DNA of 64,000 nucleotides from Mobula hypostoma (lineage: Eukaryota). A model generated the notes under the pieces. It did not search any database, was not told where the DNA came from, and was given only the letters and a program-made list of their open reading frames with translations. The stretch covers positions 118,360,001 through 118,424,000 of the forward strand of contig NC_086097.1 in the NCBI RefSeq assembly GCF_963921235.1. Direction: 5' to 3'. Shown here in pieces: positions 62,588-64,000 of this stretch (position 1 is its first letter; each line of letters starts with the position of its first letter). The position numbers and the translations under genes are program-made.

Positions 62588-63524
62588 CAAGTTTGCGGAT
62601 GACACGAAGCTGGGTGGCAGTGTTAGCAGTGAGGAGGATGCTAAGAGGATGCAGGGTGACTTGGATAGGTTGGGTGAGTGGGCAAACTCATGGCAGATGC
62701 AATTTAATGTGGATAAATGTGAAGTTATCCACTTTGGTGGCAAAAATAGGAAAACAGATTATTATCTGAATGGTGGCCGATTAGGAAAAGGGGAGGTGCA
62801 ACGAGACCTGGGTGTCATTATACACCAGTCATTGAAAGTGGGCATGCAGGTACAGCAGGCGGTGAAAAAGGCGAACGGTATGCTGGCATTTATAGCGAGA
62901 GGATTCGAGTACAGGAGCAGGGAGGTACTACTGCAGTTGTACAAGGCCTTGGTGAGACCACACCTGGAGTATTGTGTGCAGTTTTGGTCCCCTAATCTGA
63001 GGAAAGACATCCTTGCCATAGAGGGAGTACAAAGAAGGTTCACCAGATTGATTCCTGGGATGGCAGGTCTTTCATATGAAGAAAGACTAGATGAACTGGG
63101 CTTGTACTCGTTGGAATTTAGAAGATTGAGGGGGGATCTGATTGAAACGTATAAGATCCTAAAGGGATTGGACAGGCTAGATGCGGGAAGATTGTTCCCG
63201 ATGTTGGGGAGGTCTAGAACGAGGGGTCACAGTTTGAGGATAGAGGGGAAGCCTTTTAGGACCGAGGTTAGGAAAATCTTCTTCACACAGAGAGTGGTGA
63301 ATCTGTGGAATTCTCTGCCACAGCAAACTGTTGAGGCCAGTTCATTAGCTATGTTTAAAAGGAAGTTAGATATGGCCCTTGTGGCTACAGGGGTCACGGG
63401 GTATGGAGGGAAGGCTGGGTTCTGAGTTGGATGATCAGCCATGATCATAATAAATGGCGGTGCAGGCTCGAAGGGCCGAATGGCCTACTCCTGCACCTAT
63501 TTTCTATGTTTCTATGTTTCTATG
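62588..63524 (+). mobile_element. Young 5'-truncated CR1, near-identical to 8637-9567
   Basis: Only two substitutions noticed versus the 8142 copy; (TTCTATGT)n tail; inserted in the RLE domain of the R4/Dong relic. Confidence 0.95.
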
Positions 63525-63872
63525 AACAGGGCATACAATGTCCCAATAGTTATATCTACAGCTGATATCATTCCAATATCTCTACACAGTAGCAATAAGC
63601 AATTAGGCCTATAAGCAATATTTATATAAATCTTCACAAAGCAACAATATTGAACACCACTAGAATTGTCTGAGAGTTCCTAGCAATTGAGAAATGAATG
63701 AGTTTGGTTATGCCTGTACCTCAGCTTCTACCAGCTTGCACGGAGGAAAAAATAAATAATTATGATTCTAGCACAGACCTACCAATCCGCACAGTGATAA
63801 TGAATGTTTGTTTGAGTACCTGGTCAAACATTGTAACACACAATCTAGAAGTAAAATGGATTCAGGAGAAAA

Positions 63873-64000
63873 AGCAACACACATCAAAGTTGCTGGTGAA
63901 CGCAGCAGGCCAGGCAGCGTCTCTAGGAAGAGGTGCAGTCGACGTTTCAGGCCGAGACCCTTCGTCAGGACTAACTGAAGGAAGAGTTAGTAAGAGATTT
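63873..64000 (-). mobile_element. Penelope-derived arm running off the window end
   Basis: Same sequence family as the 25492 and 61187 elements; extends beyond the hammerhead. Confidence 0.8.
63937..63972 (-). ncRNA. Minimal type I hammerhead ribozyme motif, intact
   Basis: Minus strand agtc-CTGACGA-agggtctcggcct-GAAA-cgTC-gact; stem I agtc/gact. Confidence 0.75.

Larger units (their letters stand above)
58403..63760 (+). mobile_element. Degraded R4/Dong-clade RLE non-LTR retrotransposon with three nested insertions
   Basis: RT remnants GDSLTPLWF (~60992) and HMDDLKL (~61118); CCHC motif ECRKCQERTETIQHIIGSC (~62197); RLE-type LLIEMAI..EKHQKYAEL; degenerate (TAA)n at both ends. Confidence 0.8.

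Noticed and set aside
62493..63425. 310-aa ORF as a gene
   Set aside because: Chance in-frame join of the R4/Dong RLE remnant and a truncated CR1 that lacks most of the RT

Overview
Eukaryotic, essentially gene-free window made almost entirely of nested transposable-element relics. The repeat mix (CR1 with (TTCTATGT)n/(TTATGGTC)n tails, Rex1/Babar, HE1-like V-SINEs, Penelope-derived fold-backs) suggests a cartilaginous fish, probably a ray; this is inference. No host protein-coding exon could be supported. Elements with definable ends: a complete 3.5-kb hAT transposon (14-bp TIRs, 8-bp TSD); an IR/DR-type Tc1 element interrupted by a truncated Sushi-like Gypsy; a two-LTR Gmr1-like element (SCAN-domain gag, integrase before RT, tRNA-Pro PBS, pol multiply deleted); a second deleted Gypsy; two solo LTRs; a near-full-length CR1 carrying three insertions; two almost identical young CR1 copies; a degraded R4/Dong-type RLE retrotransposon; a Tx1/ZCCHC3-like ORF1 relic; and RTE-derived pieces. 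The most interesting signal is a set of Penelope-derived fold-back (hairpin) insertions with 13-16 bp TSDs. They carry a minimal type I hammerhead ribozyme motif, and their inversion points repeatedly fall at the 5' edge of the hammerhead. All coordinates were read by eye; boundaries of old fragments are approximate.
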